In this document: one piece after another, positions 50,119 to 64,000 of the stretch
Position numbering within the stretch: position 1 is the first letter of the stretch
Layout of the letters: each line of letters opens with the position of its first letter
From: Lingula anatina
Lineage: Eukaryota; Animalia; Brachiopoda
Direction of reading: 5' to 3'
Length of the DNA: 64,000 nt
Assembly: GCA_051362555.1 (NCBI GenBank)
Contig: CM120641.1
Span: 18,786,001 to 18,850,000 of the forward strand
The notes under the pieces: model-generated
What the model was told of the DNA's origin: nothing
What the model saw: the letters and a program-made list of their open reading frames with translations, nothing else
Databases searched by the model: none
Translations under genes and position numbers: made by a program

Positions 50119-51869
50119 ACTGAAGTTAATTTTCCAATGCAGAGAGAGTGGAAGAATCTCAGTTCCTATACCTGACCTGTGACCTCCCTCCCCCGCCTCT
50201 CTTCCCAGATGAGCTTCAAGAAAACATCATACCACAGGTCCCACTGTTCAACATTTTGTCGAAGTTTAATGGGATAACAGAAAAGGAATACAAGACATAC
50301 AAGGATTCTACAATGAAAAGATTTGAGCTGACCAAATTGCCACCATGCATTATATTGTACATTAAGGTAAGTGTCACTGTTGTATGTTATATGTTTGTTT
50401 AAGCTCCATGTTATTTATTTTCATCTAACCCCACCCGTTCAGGAAAAAAAGTTATTTTCTCTTGTGATCAGTCAAGTTTTTTTTCCAGAGATTCACAAAG
50501 AATACTTTTATCTTGGAGAAGAATCCAACGATTGTCAATTTTCCAGTCAAGTAAGTTTAATTTTCCTTTATTTTCAGTCATTTGTTGTGCAAGTAATAAA
50601 TAGAAAATGGACCAAAAAAAGTCACATTGAGTATGATGAATCATTTACAGTTATTTAAAAAATTGAAGATATCCAGTTCAATTTCAGTTCAATATTTGAA
50701 ATTATTGATTAAATATTATGTATTATTATTATTATAATGCTTGCCTAGGAATGTAGATTTTGGAGACTTGTTAGCACCTGAAGTGAGACGGAAGCACAAA
50801 CACACTGTGTATGACCTTGTGGCCAACATAGTCCATGATGGAGAGACGGGGTCAGATAAGGGCACGTATAGAGCACACATTCTACACAAGGTAACAGAAT
50901 GGGCTTTATTAAAGGCATACAATACTTGTTAGACATTTATTAAGCCAAAAAAAAAAAAAAAACTTAATTTTCCTGGAAATTTCTGCATTATTTTTGAATT
51001 ACTAACTTAAAGGAATATCCTATCCAAACTTATTTTTGAGTTGTGAATTTCTATTTTTATCAATCTGAGCGCATTGGTGCCACTAAAAGAGTGACTCTGA
51101 AATAAGAATCTCAATATTGGAAAATCATAATTCGGCAGTTTTTTGGTTATAATGTATCTTGGTGATAAAGAGTAAGTGTTGGATTCTCCAGGAAAATTAG
51201 TTTCTTGTTGTGTAGAAAAAACTGCTGTTGCAAGAAGGTATAAGCTCTAACCATGTAGCTGATGAATTTATTTGGTTGCAAACATGGACAATTCTAATAG
51301 TAAGTGATACTGATATTGGAAGCTTGTTGGTTGAAATTCCATGTTTCACAGGTTGAAAAAAAGTTATTTAAACAAGTCTTTTTTGTTAATTACTCTTCTA
51401 ATGTAAATGTGTTTATTTTATGATATTGCCAATTGTTTTGTAAGTATAAAATACACAATTTAAACTTACTTTAATCCAGGGCAATGGAAAGTGGTATGAA
51501 ATGCAAGACCTTCATGTTGTGGACATTCTTCCTCAGATGATTACACTGTCAGAGTCTTATATTCAGGTATTTCACAACTATGTAACTATTGTTGTTAAAG
51601 AATTTTAATTATTATCTTGTTAAAACAAATTTGATTTTGCAAACAATATTGATTTTGCATTTTGATTTTAGATATATTTCTTGATAATTGCTAACTTTTT
51701 TGTGCCCCTCCTTTTGACCATCTTTATTTTTTATGTCAATTTGATAGTTTTAATGGCCAGATTGATACCTAATACACAAGGCAATACATTTCAGATATAT
51801 GAGGTCAGGAAGGACATTGTTAACAGACCTCCACCAGCTGATTCACAGAATGGGAGTAATAATGGATGA
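46476..51869 (+). CDS. USP39: U4/U6.U5 tri-snRNP-associated protein 2 (USP39/Sad1), ~14 exons
   Basis: MATKEE...; CPYLDTINRSVLDFDFEKLCSVS (ZnF-UBP); GLNNIKANDYCNVILQ; LWNPRNFKAHVSPHEMLQAV; DLPPPPLF; WYEMQDLHVVDILPQMITLSESYIQIY. Confidence 0.95.
50065..50117. repeat. (TTA)n microsatellite in USP39 intron
   Basis: Direct reading. Confidence 0.95.
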
Positions 51870-52715
51870 TCTTTTGAGTGTTTTAAATGAAAAGTCTCCA
51901 AGTGAACACAGCTTTCAACATTAGCTCTCACTGAAAGTAATTTCTTAACAGAATCATAAAATCCTCTGGACAAGTGATTTTCTAGGATTACCCTTTGTAC
52001 CCAAATAAAGACATATTAGATCAATTGTGAATATGTATTATCAGATTTCTAAAGTAGTGTGTAGAATTGACATTATTTTATATAGTATGAAGAGTATAAA
52101 TCTACAGTGTAGAGATGAAGAATTGAAAAGTTGCTTAATTATCAGTATCTGAATGTTTAACACCGATTGAGTGTTACCAATGTTGAGAATGTTATCAAGG
52201 TGATATCCGATAACTACATTTATCTGATTTTAAATGTTGTGTAGATTATACAAAATACAAAAGGATGACAGTTACCTTAAAGCGATGGACTCCATTGAAA
52301 CCATGTAGTGTCATCAACAAATATTGTACAGCCAGTCTTTATTTCAAATGTAGTTTTTATTTTGTATTTAGTGATTTTTTTCATAAAGATTTATCTAAAT
52401 AAAATTCAGTATTTATAGTACTTTCATTGATCACAAAATATATTCACATGAACTTTTTATCATGCAAGAGACTGCCAGCCCCAGTAGTAAATGCCCTTTA
52501 TTTCCATATTAATACAAAAATGTATGCTTATATGCCCTGCCAAAATGCAGATTTCACTCATTTTAATTAAAATTAAAAAAACAAAGATATATCACACCAA
52601 TTCATTAATTTAAAAAAAAACAAACAGATATATCACACCAATTATTAAAATATACATTTAAGTCATATTAAATCCTCTTTTTTACAGGCATAAATTCTAT
52701 GCATATTACATATCA

Positions 52716-55490
52716 AACTAGAGGATCAGAGAGGCGATACCGCCTCCGAATATTGTACCACCAGCTGGAGCAAGCGCATTCGTATAACCCCCACATACAC
52801 AAAATAAGGGACATAGCCACCAGTCTTGTGCTTGACAAGCTGTAAAAATGCAATCAACAAGAATTTTCAAAATATGCAAAAAACATATATGACTAAAAAT
52901 GGTACAATCAAAGTTAAGTTCATCGTAAGGTAGGTCAAAGGTCAATTTCAAGGTCACAGTAAATTGCCAGTATATGAATTCTTATTCAACTTCAATAGTA
53001 ACTATGGACCTATCTCTGCCAGGTTTGGAGATAAAAGGGAACCAAAATTTGCAAAGTTCACTTCATGGTGAAAAGTAGGTCAAAGGTCAATTTCAAGGTC
53101 ACAATTAGATTGCCAATATATGACTTCCTATTCAAGTTCAATAGTAACTATGGACCTATCTCTGCCAGTTTTGGAGATAAAAGGGAAGCAAAATTTGCAA
53201 AGTTCAGTTCATGGTGAAAAGTAGGTCAAAGGTCAATTTCAAGGTCACATTAAGATTGCCAGTATATGACTTCCTATTCAACTTCAATAGTAACTATGGA
53301 CCTATCTCTGCCAGTTTTGGAGATATAAGGGACTAAATGTTATAATTTTGGAGTTGCCATAATGTGCCATAAATTTCCTACAGAAGAAATTAATTAAAAT
53401 AAAGAAAAGGTCATTTTGGTCAAAATTCTTGAAATGGGGGTGCTCTGAAGTTCCAGATGTTCAAATTTGATGAAATAATGTCATTTTTGACCACAAGTTG
53501 TCTGCTTTGCCAAGCCTTATGTTTTATTTTTCCGGAGTTCAAAATTTATTATCCATTACCGTACTGCACATTTTGCTTTCACCACCAATATGTACTTTTT
53601 GATACAGCGTAACTTTGGAGATAAAAGGGAAGCAAAATTTGCAAAGTTCAGTTCATGGTGAAAAGTAGGTCAAAGGTCAATTTCAAGGTCACATTTAGAT
53701 TGCCAATATATGACTTCCTATTCAAGTTCAATAGTAACTATGGACCTATCTCTGCCAGTTTTGGAGATAAAAGGGAAGCAAAATTTGCAAAGTTCACTTC
53801 ATGGTGAAAAGTAGGTCAAAGGTCAATTTCAAGGTCACATTTAGATTGCCAGTATATGACTTCCTATTCAACTTCAATAGTAACTATGGACCTATCTCTG
53901 CCAGTTTTGGAGATAAAAGGGAACCAAAATTTGCAAAGTTCACTTCATGGTGAAAAGTAGGTCAAAGGTCAATTTCAAGGTCACATTTAGATTGCCAGTA
54001 TATGACTTCCTATTCAACTTCAATAGTAACTATGGACCTATCTCTGCCAGTTTTGGAAATAAAGGGGAACCAAAATTTGCAAAGTTCAGTTCATGGTGAA
54101 AAGTAGGTCAAAGGTCAATTTCAAGGTCACATTTAGATTGCCAGTATATGACTTCCTATTCAAGTTCAATAGTAACTATGGACCTATCTCTGCCAGTTTT
54201 GGAGATAAAAGGGAACCAAAATTTGCAAAGTTCAGTTCATGGTGAAAAGTAGGTCAAAGGCCAATTTTGAGGTCACATTTAGATTGCCAGTATATGACTT
54301 CCTATTCAACTTCAATAGTAAATATGGACCTATCTCTGCCAGTTTTGGAGATAAAGGGGAAGCAAAATTTGCAAAGTTCAGTTCATGGTGAAAAGTAGGT
54401 CAAAGGTCAATTTTAAGGTCACATTTAGATTGCCAGTATATGACTTCCTAATCAACTTCAATAGTTACTATGGACCTATCTCTGCCAGTTTTGGAGATAT
54501 AAGGGACTAAATGTTATAATTTTGGAGTTACCATAATGTGCCTTAAATTTCGTACAGAAAAAATTAATTAAAATAAAGAAAAGGTCATTTTGGTCAAAAT
54601 TCTTGAAATGGGAGGTGCTCTGAAGTTCCAGATGTTCAAATTTGATGAAATAATGTCATTTTTGACCACAAGTTGTCTGCTTTGCCAAGCCTTATGTTTT
54701 ATTTTTCCGGAGTTCAAAATTTATTATCCATTACCGTACTGCACATTTTGCTTTCACCACCAATATGTACTTTTTGATACAGTGTAACTCGAAAACCGTA
54801 TGGAATACAAAAAAACCGAGACCACCTCCAGTGTTGGGCTTTACATGCTCTACAAAATGCAAAAAAGAATGGGTCTCTAGCATTAACGGTTCCCGAATTA
54901 GAGACAGTTTTCAGTTTCGGTATCTTATGGCCGCTACTCCCGTGAAAATGCACCGATTGACCCCAAATTCACGGAGATGAAAGATGACCTGAAGGGTAAC
55001 ACTTTCCAATAATATTATTGGTTAAGTCTGTGTGGTGTCTGAATAACAGGGCAAATAATTATTTTTTCGTAAAAAAATTCATTTTTTTGAAAATTTTGGC
55101 CCGTTTGACCTTGAAATAAAGGTCAAAGGTCAAATCCAAGGGCATATTTGAAATCTACACATATGACTTTTGGAAAGCCGTCTGTAGAAATTTTTCCCAT
55201 AATTCCTTCCGTAGGGTAGATAATAAGCATTTAATTTTGCCATTTTTAGACAAGGGTGCATTGTAATGAGTGCCATACCTAGACCCCAAAACTGACAAAG
55301 CCCAAATTTTACGTGGAACGAGTTGAGATTATAGGTGACCTAAATCCAAGAGATGGGTACAGGGGCCCTTACCGTCTAGGAGGAGAAGCGGTAATGGTAG
55401 CCGTCCGGCGGAGCCGGCGGAGCCGGCGGAACGATCCGGACGGGACTAAAACCATGTGTACCGCCAGCGCTAACGCTGGTGGTACAATAA
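52716..55490 (-). mobile_element. Family A element, copy 3 (complete, inverted)
   Basis: Reverse complement of copy 2: AACTAG...GAGGCGATACCGCCTC...TGTACCACCAG at left and CTGGTGGTACAATAA at right. 6 full 146-bp units (~53615-54491) plus ~3 more after the internal duplication. Confidence 0.9.
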
Positions 55491-55827
55491 AATTTGTATC
55501 ATTTCAAATTAGTTGATAATTTCAATTTACATAGGCCTGTAGGCAGGAGAGGTGGTTGTAAATGAAACACCCTTTTGGAAAGGGAAAGGTCTGTTTCAAG
55601 CCAATTTTCATTAATATGGTCATATTGTCAATATGGTGAAAAGGTTCACCTTTTGGAATAAAAAAATTGCTGACTGCAGACCTGCTACATGCATATATAC
55701 AGCTAGTATTTCATACAATTAATTTAAAAAAGTTCTTACGAGCAGTACCACTTCTTTTTTCATACTAGCATGTCCTTGACAAATTTTGCCCCTTCATTTG
55801 GGGAAATGAGATAAGATCAGCTGCTTG

Positions 55828-55996
55828 CAGGCCCGTAGCCAGGGGGGGGTTCGGGGGGTTCGAAAGAACCGCCCCTTTTGCTGGGAAAAGGTCCACTCTG
55901 GGTAAAATTTGATCTAGGTGCATGAAGTTTTCATGGGAAAAGGTCCACTTTTTCAGAAAACGAACCCCCCTTTTTAAATTGCTGGCTACGGGCCTG
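55828..55996. mobile_element. hAT-like MITE with 5-bp TSD (older relative at ~55533-55684)
   Basis: TIR CAGGCCCGTAGCCAG / CTGGCTACGGGCCTG; GCTTG duplicated. Confidence 0.85.
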
Positions 55997-56153
55997 GCTT
56001 GTCTGGATTTTTCTCCTAGTACCTTTTTAAATAGATGTTAAAGATATTATCAAATATATCTCAACAGAATGTGATTTTTACTGAAAGAAAAGTGCACCAT
56101 CCATCCCCCCTCTCCAAATTCCTTCTGTAAATGTTCACGTAACAGATGCTGTG

Positions 56154-59100
56154 CTAAAAACTTGAACACAAAGTATCTATGGTAGACTGCTTCAGCTGAA
56201 GTCCAATGGAATCCAGATAATGAAAGAACCTAGAGACAAAATATATATAATATATATAATAATATATAACATAATATGTTAATTCCACTGAGTGTTGCAT
56301 CAAATGCTTCAAGGGTTAAAACAAGTATTCCTAAAAAAACTTTCAAATAGAGAAAAAGTTGTAAGGACACCTTGTAGTTGACAGACAACACATACCTTCT
56401 TTTAGCTTTGGCAGACTTTCTAAACTGCTCCATTTTGCACACTGTTCTCAACATAGGAACATAATCCATAGCAACAGCTGTCTTCTGACTTAGTAAATAG
56501 GTTGGAAGACTGGACATGATGTTCTCTGTAGCTTTCTTCTTTCCAAGAGCACAACTACATATAAAGATGAAACAGTATGAACATCACATTTTTCAAAGCA
56601 CTGACACGTGATGCATTCCAAATTGTAACCTAGCATGCATTTTACAAAACATTATAACACATTATTTATAACATGCAACAAGAGTTATATAGTTAACAAA
56701 AATTGACAGGCAAGTTATTATGTCTTGTTAGGCCTAAGCATTTAACCATAAACCCGTCTTGTGTTAAAACTGTTGAATGTTTAAATGCAAATCTTTCTAA
56801 AAGTACAATACAGAACACCAACCAAAAAGCACATATGTATTACATATACCTGAGCTGGGCATTGGTCACCTCTTTTAACTTGATGGTGTTTGGTCTAACT
56901 GGTAACTCAACAGGTATCTGAACCGTGGACAGGGCTAACTCCTGGTCAGCAGCATTAAGACTCTTCACTCCAGCCATCACCTGTGATAGTCCCTTAGACA
57001 AATTCTGGAAACTTGCCAACTTGCTTGAAATGACCAGATCTTCTGAAGTGCATTTGCTTTGTTCTTTGAATTCATCACAGCAAGATGGCAACTTGTCCAA
57101 AAAACCTGGAAATTCTAAACCTGGATAAGGATGACAGTCCAGTCTGTCTGCTGAGGCTCCCCTGTGTAAGACCATATAAGAATCCATGTATGAGCAATTG
57201 TCATAGTAATCTGAAAAAGCTTGTATGCTTTGCTTTACTAGAGCATCGACCCGTGGGTTTCTTTCTGTGCTGTCACTTTGTACAAGGGCTTCTTTGTCAC
57301 TTTTTTTGCCTACAGGTCCCCTACTTTCATGTGACTCCTTTGAGGTTGATGTTCTATCAGTGGACAAAGTCAAAAAGTCTGATCCCTCACAGTCAAATAC
57401 ATCATCTAACATTCTTTTCCTCTTCTTGTCCATCTCGACTTCATTTGGCATGAGTAACTGGACATCATAAGATGGTGCTGACCATTCTGTCTTTGGTAAA
57501 GGTAATAGGGGGGCAATATTTGCTTGGATAATGTCAATACCAAGATGCTCAAAAATGTGAAGGATTGATTCTTTGCTGTAAATGTTACCTGCTTCCTGAA
57601 AATGTTTGGAATATCTTCATTAATTTTAAACTAAAACCAGTTTGCTATTCACTAGATTGACTTTCATTTGAAAAATATAATTTGAGTTATGCTGATTCAA
57701 GAATGTCATAATATTGAATAAATCATGAAATTTCTAAAATAAATATGTGAGATTGAGAGACTTGCCTTGTTAACAAGCCAAATGGAGTAATTACAATGAA
57801 CGAATGTCATCTTTTAAAAAAACTCTTCATATAGCACCTACCTTCATGAAGCTGATCAAATTTTGTCCAGAAAAATTAAACTCATTAATTCCCATCACAG
57901 AATCCAAACAGTTCAGGTGTATTAGTGGTAAGTTCACATTTGCAATATTCAGTTCTGTTGTATCTTGGGTGTCCTCTGGGAACTGAGTACTGCTATTATC
58001 TGTAACAACTTCTGGAGGTAATTTTTGTATTGGCATACAAGGTAAACTACTTGAAGAATCCTCTTCAATGATTGGCACTTTCTTTAATTTTCTTTTCCTA
58101 GAAAATGTCACATCAAAATCATCATCTGTTTCCAGTTTTGAGTTATCAAGACAAATTTGATCATGTCCCTTGGATACCAGTTTTTTAATGGAAAAGCTAC
58201 TTTCCTCTTGCTTTAATCCCCCACCAGATGTCAGCCAAAACTGGAGAGCCAAAATGGTTTGACGAATATCTCCATGATATAATTCTACAAGACTGTAAAT
58301 GTCGCTGTAATCTGTCCTGAGATTCTCAGCAAGGCACATAACCTGTAGGTAGCTGGCAGTATTTTTCTGTAAGAAAAAGCACATGATACCACTGAAAGTC
58401 TCTAAATCAACTGTGTAGTACAAAATCGTCTAAAAATTCAATCCAGAGTGCTACCAATTGTCCACAAAAAATTCTTTAGTTCATCACTGCATCAGCTATC
58501 ATTAATTTTTTTCTAATCACATATGCAAATTTGAAATTAAGCTAATACTACAAATCCACATTAAGTTGTATTAGAAAGGAAAACACAGACTTGTAAACAA
58601 ATACACCATTGTAGCAGTGATTACGTCCATTTGTACATACTATCTACCATCTACTATTGTAAACACAGTCTGCTTCAGTTCTGACTTCAAGGCACAATTG
58701 TATAATCTTGCTTGTGCTTTGGATAACTGGTGTTTCTTAACATTTTAGCATCCTGCAAAGTTTTTTAATACTATCATTTCAATATTTGAATCAAATCTTG
58801 ATTCTTACCAGCGAAGGTGTCTTGAATACCAGCTGTTCATATTTTCCCTCAAACTTATCCGAAAAGTTGACATCAGAGGTGGTGAGGAGAATGGGGATCT
58901 TGGTGGTATCCATTATGGTTTGGATCGCTGCCCAGAAACCCTTGTCTTCTTCAAAAGCCACATCAACCTGTATCAAATGTGTATGTATATTTTGAACATT
59001 ATTTCATTATTGCTCAAACATTTTATTGATCACAAATTCTTTAACTGTCCAAATTGTAATACCAATAGGTGAATACCTATATGTAAAAAATATACACCAA

Positions 59101-62100
59101 GCTGCAAAGTCTCTTCTAGAAACTAACTGATTCTGATATGATTTCTATCAAAATGAATGCAACTGCTTTACCTCTTCAAACAAAATTAGAGATGCCTTTG
59201 ACAAGTTAAGTCCCCTTTTTGTTCCACCTTCCTGCGATGACCCTGTTTGTGACTGCACCATGGGGATCCCATCCTTGCCTATAAATACAAAAATTTTCTG
59301 CATTTCTCCTTTTTTCAACATGATACTTTATGCCAGTAAACCTAAATTATCACGTCTATGATATTAAAATAACAAAGCAATGAGAATGAATAAAGTAGTA
59401 ACTGTTCACAATATTTCCGTTTTTCCAAATAAACTTTTACCAAAAATACCAGTATTGTTCTAGACAAAATGTCAGATGAAGCATACCTTGCTTTTGGTCT
59501 GATTTTTTGTTTTTTCTTGGAGAATTGTGAACAACTCTTGGTTCTTGCTTTTCTGTCCTCTTACTGGTTTTCTCCTTAGCTCCGTCCTTTCTTCCCAGTA
59601 AAACTGAATTCGCTTTTTTCTCATTTTTGCCTTGCCCGCTGCCACTGGCATCAAGGTGTTTTTCTTTATTTTGTGCACCAGAAGCCTTGCTAAAGAAGTT
59701 GGCAAATGTGGTAGGAAGTTTCTTCTCTGGTTTGGATGTTATTTTGGTTGTAGAAGCTAAATTCGAAATGAAAACATAAACATGCTTTTAACTGTATATA
59801 CATTCAAGTGCTCTTTCCATTGCCAAAACCCTTTTCTGTCAAAACTAAGCCTAATAAAAAAGTTTTATTTTCATCTAATCATTCAAAACCTTCATAGGAA
59901 ATACATACAATGCACAGCTTCGCTGAACAAATAAAACTATCACCAAAGATCTTGCCTTATATTTGTGCATTAAAATTATTTTTTATTCCCTTTCATCTGA
60001 GGAGTCTTATAGTAAAAACTCTAAAAGTCATATTTCACAATCTAATATTGTATATAAGTACACTTCAGCTACTGTCTCCTACCAAAACTTTAGTCTCTGT
60101 ACACTCACCACCATCTCCAGTTGCCATGGTGAAAGGGTCGTTATTATTCTCCATATTTTTCTTGCACACCTGATGTGACTGCGTGGCCTCCTGCAGCTGA
60201 GAAATAATGTGCTTACCACTGCGTCTAGCAGAGGCATTCACTTCAAACACCTAAAATTGTCAAAGGTACTAGCTATTACTATCATAAAATAAATAAAAAT
60301 GAAACAAATTTTAATCATGAATGTGTTTTCTTCATTTTTTGCAATTAATTAATTACACTTAAGCAACAGGAACTTTCAACAAACCATCTAACAAAATCTA
60401 CCTGGACCTATCAAATATGTCACAAGTTTTCTTTTTTTAATAAAGCCAACATACATAATATACAAAATAATAGGAAAGTAAAATGACTTGTTTTAGTTAA
60501 CACTTATTTATGTCAATGCAACTAGCCAGCATGTTTCTTGATAAACTCTTTGTTATTTATTATTATTATCATTTTTTTTTTTTTGGGGGGGGGGGGGTAG
60601 TTAGCAGCTGGTTCATATGCACAGCAATCACTTCAACATTATCAGAATTGTTTTATCCATTCAACAAGTGCCCTATGTCACCTTATATCCTAGTTCCCTG
60701 GCTAAAGCATGTACTGTGGCAGTTTTGCCCACTCCTTGTGGCCCCTGAATCAGCATAGTGTTACAATAGTTTTCTTCTTCTTCATAATCACTTTCTGCAG
60801 TGTCACTCACAGCGAAATCACTTTCATCGTCTGTCCACCAATCTTGGGAGCCTGGAAAAAGTTAATATCTTAAGTAAAAATCACTCTGAAAATCACTCAC
60901 TTTTTCCTTGCATCTTTCTAGATAATTGTTTAGTTCCTTATGGTACAACTGTTAATAACGTGAAGACTTTTGAGGTTACTTGAAATATAAAGTGCCATAC
61001 CTTATATTCTTAGGTAAACCATGTGATGCTATTTTACTGTAAATACCAGTATTAAAATTGAAACAAAGTTTGGGCTAGTGGCTCAAAACTGAAGAGTTTG
61101 GTTTGCACAATTTCATTATGACAATATGAAGACATAAGAAAATACCTTCTTTGATTTCTTTGTTCTTTAAATCTGCCTTCTTCTTTAGTTTGGCTTCTTT
61201 CTGCATCAACTTCTGCAGTTTCCTGGCATCCCTGTCCATTCTGTGTTTCCAGTCCATTAGCCAGGTCTTGAGGCGAGCCACAACACTGGTGTTACCGATG
61301 ACATCTGCCGCATTCGCTGGCAAGTACTTCTCAGTCCACATCAACTCCTTTTCATTTACCACTGTAATGAGAATATACAAACAACTCAAATAACAATGAT
61401 CAAACACAAGGGTGAAAGTACTAGGAAAACAATTTCAGTGTTTTCAACCTTTACGTAAAATGATAATTAAGCTACCATAATATGCAACAAAACAGTAGAT
61501 GCATTTGTAATCAGCATAACATTAACAGTATATGCATCAATGTATTAACTCTATATATCTTTATGTTCAAATAGATTATCGTAAGGTAAATTCACATGCC
61601 AATAAAATTTCAGTAATCCTCACCTTCATTGTCCATCTTTGCAGGGACTTTAGGTTTCTCTGGACTGTCACCTAAAACAATACAGTCATTTTCTTTGGAT
61701 GAGTCCCTTTTGTATCTAAGGGCCTCAGTTTCTTCAGGATCACTTGTGGAGGTCTGTAACCTGCAAGATCTTCTTCTGGAACTCCTGCCCTCCTTGTGTA
61801 GAGAGGGAGAAGTGTCTGTGGTGTCTTTTTTCCTCTTCTTCCTATTGTTTGTCTCAACTTCCACAGCGTCCTCAGTATCAGGTTGCTTTCTTTTTTTGCT
61901 CTTCCCTCCACCGTTTGCTTGTTTCTTTTCCTTATCTGTTTCTGCATCTGATTCTGGTATATGGCGTCTGCTGAGATATGACTTATACACTCTTTTCACA
62001 GGAAATCCCTGGTTTGCTGCAGCTATCTCTGATAGTATGACTTTAACAACATCCTCACCCAATTCTCTGTGACCTACAAAATTCTGAAAAAAAAAGCAAA

Positions 62101-64000
62101 AAGTACATAATTAAGTAAACTTTTGAGATATCTACACAATCAATTCTTTAATCTGGTTTTATAAATGAACATCTGAAATTTATTGGGCTCATTCTCCAAA
62201 AACCTTTCAATAAATATTCCAATTTTCTATAGCAAAGCTTAATAATAATAATTATACTTAGAATTGGTGTACAATCTATATCCAGTTTAACCAGACTCGA
62301 CTTAAATGATTAAGTTATTCAAGGAACTTGAATTCCTTTATCAATAACTAAAATAACATCTTTCTCATACCTGGTCTACCTTTTTATAACCAAGGTCAAT
62401 TATTTCTGAAAACATGCCGGGTGTCAAAGGCTTTGTCTCATCAACTCTATCAAATTCACAATTTGGGGGACGAAACTTTACAGGCAACTGTGGAGTAGAA
62501 AGGTTCCACAAATGTTGAACCTCTGAGGCAGTATAAATTTTCTGCTGCACATGGTTGTCTTTTGGAAAAGGAGGGTAATCGGCAGCAACTGTGGAAGCAC
62601 CAATAGATGACTGCTTCTTTAGGGGTTCTGGGACACTGCTCAAGAGAAACTGTCTTCTGGCCTAAAATCAAAGATTTTAAAATAGATCAAATTTCTCCTT
62701 AAAAAATGCCCATATGGATGACAGCTTTCAATCTTACGATGGATATGAGAACCATGGCCAAAAAAGAGAAAAGAATTTTCAATACAAAAGAGATCATCCA
62801 GATAACTCTAAGCACTTAATTGCACTTTATTTAAAGATAAAGCAATTTAAGATGTATTTTATCATGCTAACAAGCTTCAATAACAAATTAATTATCAGCA
62901 TTCAACACAACAAAATATTTTAAGATTTGTGGTACAAGTAAGAGAGGTTCACCTGCAGCGCTGCGTCCTCCTCCTTGGTGAGTTTCTTTCTTGGTTTCTC
63001 CTCTGGCTTCTTTTCTTTGGCATCTCGTCTTGGTTGAAAGATCGAAGCAAGCTTAACTGCTATTGAATCAAAAATTAAGGACCATCTGTAGCACACAGAA
63101 TGGACTTCCATCACACATCAGCATCATAAAACACACTTAAGATACAACTGACAAAAATAGTTATTTTCCTTACAGCTTGAATAAGCATCCATGATTTCCA
63201 AGTTCAGTGAAGTGACAAATGATTTCTTAGTAACCAAGTTGAATTTTGTACAAGCCTTACAGTTACAAAGTTTATAAGTTTATTATAACTGATTTGAGCC
63301 AAAATGTTCAAACATAATTGAAGTTATGGTTGCCTTTCAGAAGGACTGTACTGCACTCATAACAAATGAGTCATAATAAGGTTACAGAATCATTCATCTT
63401 TCCCAGTCCTTGATTTTTAATTTCCTATGCTGGGGTAGCGCTAACACTTGCCAATTTAGCCAAATGCTAAAACTGACTTAAATTGGCTAAAGAAAAAGGG
63501 CTATGTTTGACATGTTTTAGCCAAATTATAACCATTTTGATAACAAAATGACAAAAATGCGGTGATTTGGCTAAGCGAAAAAAATTGCTCGCGCTACGCC
63601 AGCTATGTATAACATTATAACAAATCTATACACAATTAAAATGATAGTTTCTCAGTATGTATTTTTAAAATTTCTTATCTTTATATGTCAATATAATGTA
63701 CATCATCACTAGTACATGTCATATGTTAAAGAAATTCATTCGTTATTTCTTTTTGCTACCTTTTTGACATAATTTTACCTTTCTTGGGAGTTTTCTTTTT
63801 AGGCGTATCTCCTTGTTTTGGCTTGGAACACTTATCCTTTACTTTGATAACAGTAATTTCTTCTTCCTCACCACCTTTTGACTTTGACCGTTTTGTGCTC
63901 TTCTTTCCGTCTGACACTTGCAACAATGCTTGGTTGGCTAACTGAGCACTGTGTCTGGACGAACGGCGTACACCACATACTTTTTCTTCATTGTGAGCAC
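56154..64000 (-). CDS. ATAD5: ATPase family AAA domain-containing protein 5 (Elg1, PCNA unloader), 5' end outside window
   Basis: Spliced exons with MWTEKYLP, GPQGVGKT (Walker A), FEVNASARRSG, LILFEEVDVAFEEDKGF (Walker B), GDIRQTILALQFW, DYVPMLRTVC, RRFFHYL; stop at 56154. Confidence 0.93.
63430..63602. mobile_element. MITE in ATAD5 intron
   Basis: TIR CTGG(G/C)GTAGCGC; TTAGCCAA/TTGGCTAA subterminal repeats; CTATG duplicated. Confidence 0.7.

Noticed and set aside
61629-62072. Plus-strand ORFs over ATAD5 exons (also 57085-57470)
   Set aside because: Antisense shadows of coding exons.

Overview
This is AT-rich, intron-rich eukaryotic DNA from an invertebrate animal (probably a lophotrochozoan such as a mollusc; inferred from gene and repeat style). 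Six spliced protein-coding genes were reconstructed by hand: (1) an uncharacterised, largely disordered protein (+, <156-17832) with repeated NST(L/V)...PD(L/V)SxI motifs; (2) MBLAC1-like (-); (3) a PIWI-clade Argonaute, probably PIWIL2/Ago3 type, with an intact DEDH tetrad (+, 27675-42074); (4) C2orf68/UPF0561 (-), head-to-head with (5) USP39 (+), the same arrangement as in human; and (6) the 3' part of ATAD5/Elg1 (-). Non-coding DNA is dominated by two non-autonomous Helentron/HINE-like families. Family A has 4 copies carrying a variable-number 146-bp tandem array rich in AGGTCA nuclear-receptor sites. Family B has 2 copies; one appears split by ~10 kb of nested TE debris (an intron-containing pogo transposase pseudogene, a rearranged Penelope GIY-YIG remnant, a Harbinger fragment, a HIRAN ORF and a family A copy). 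About ten short MITEs are also present, most with readable TIRs/TSDs. No rRNA, tRNA or CRISPR was seen. Exon boundaries were read by eye and may be off by a few bases.
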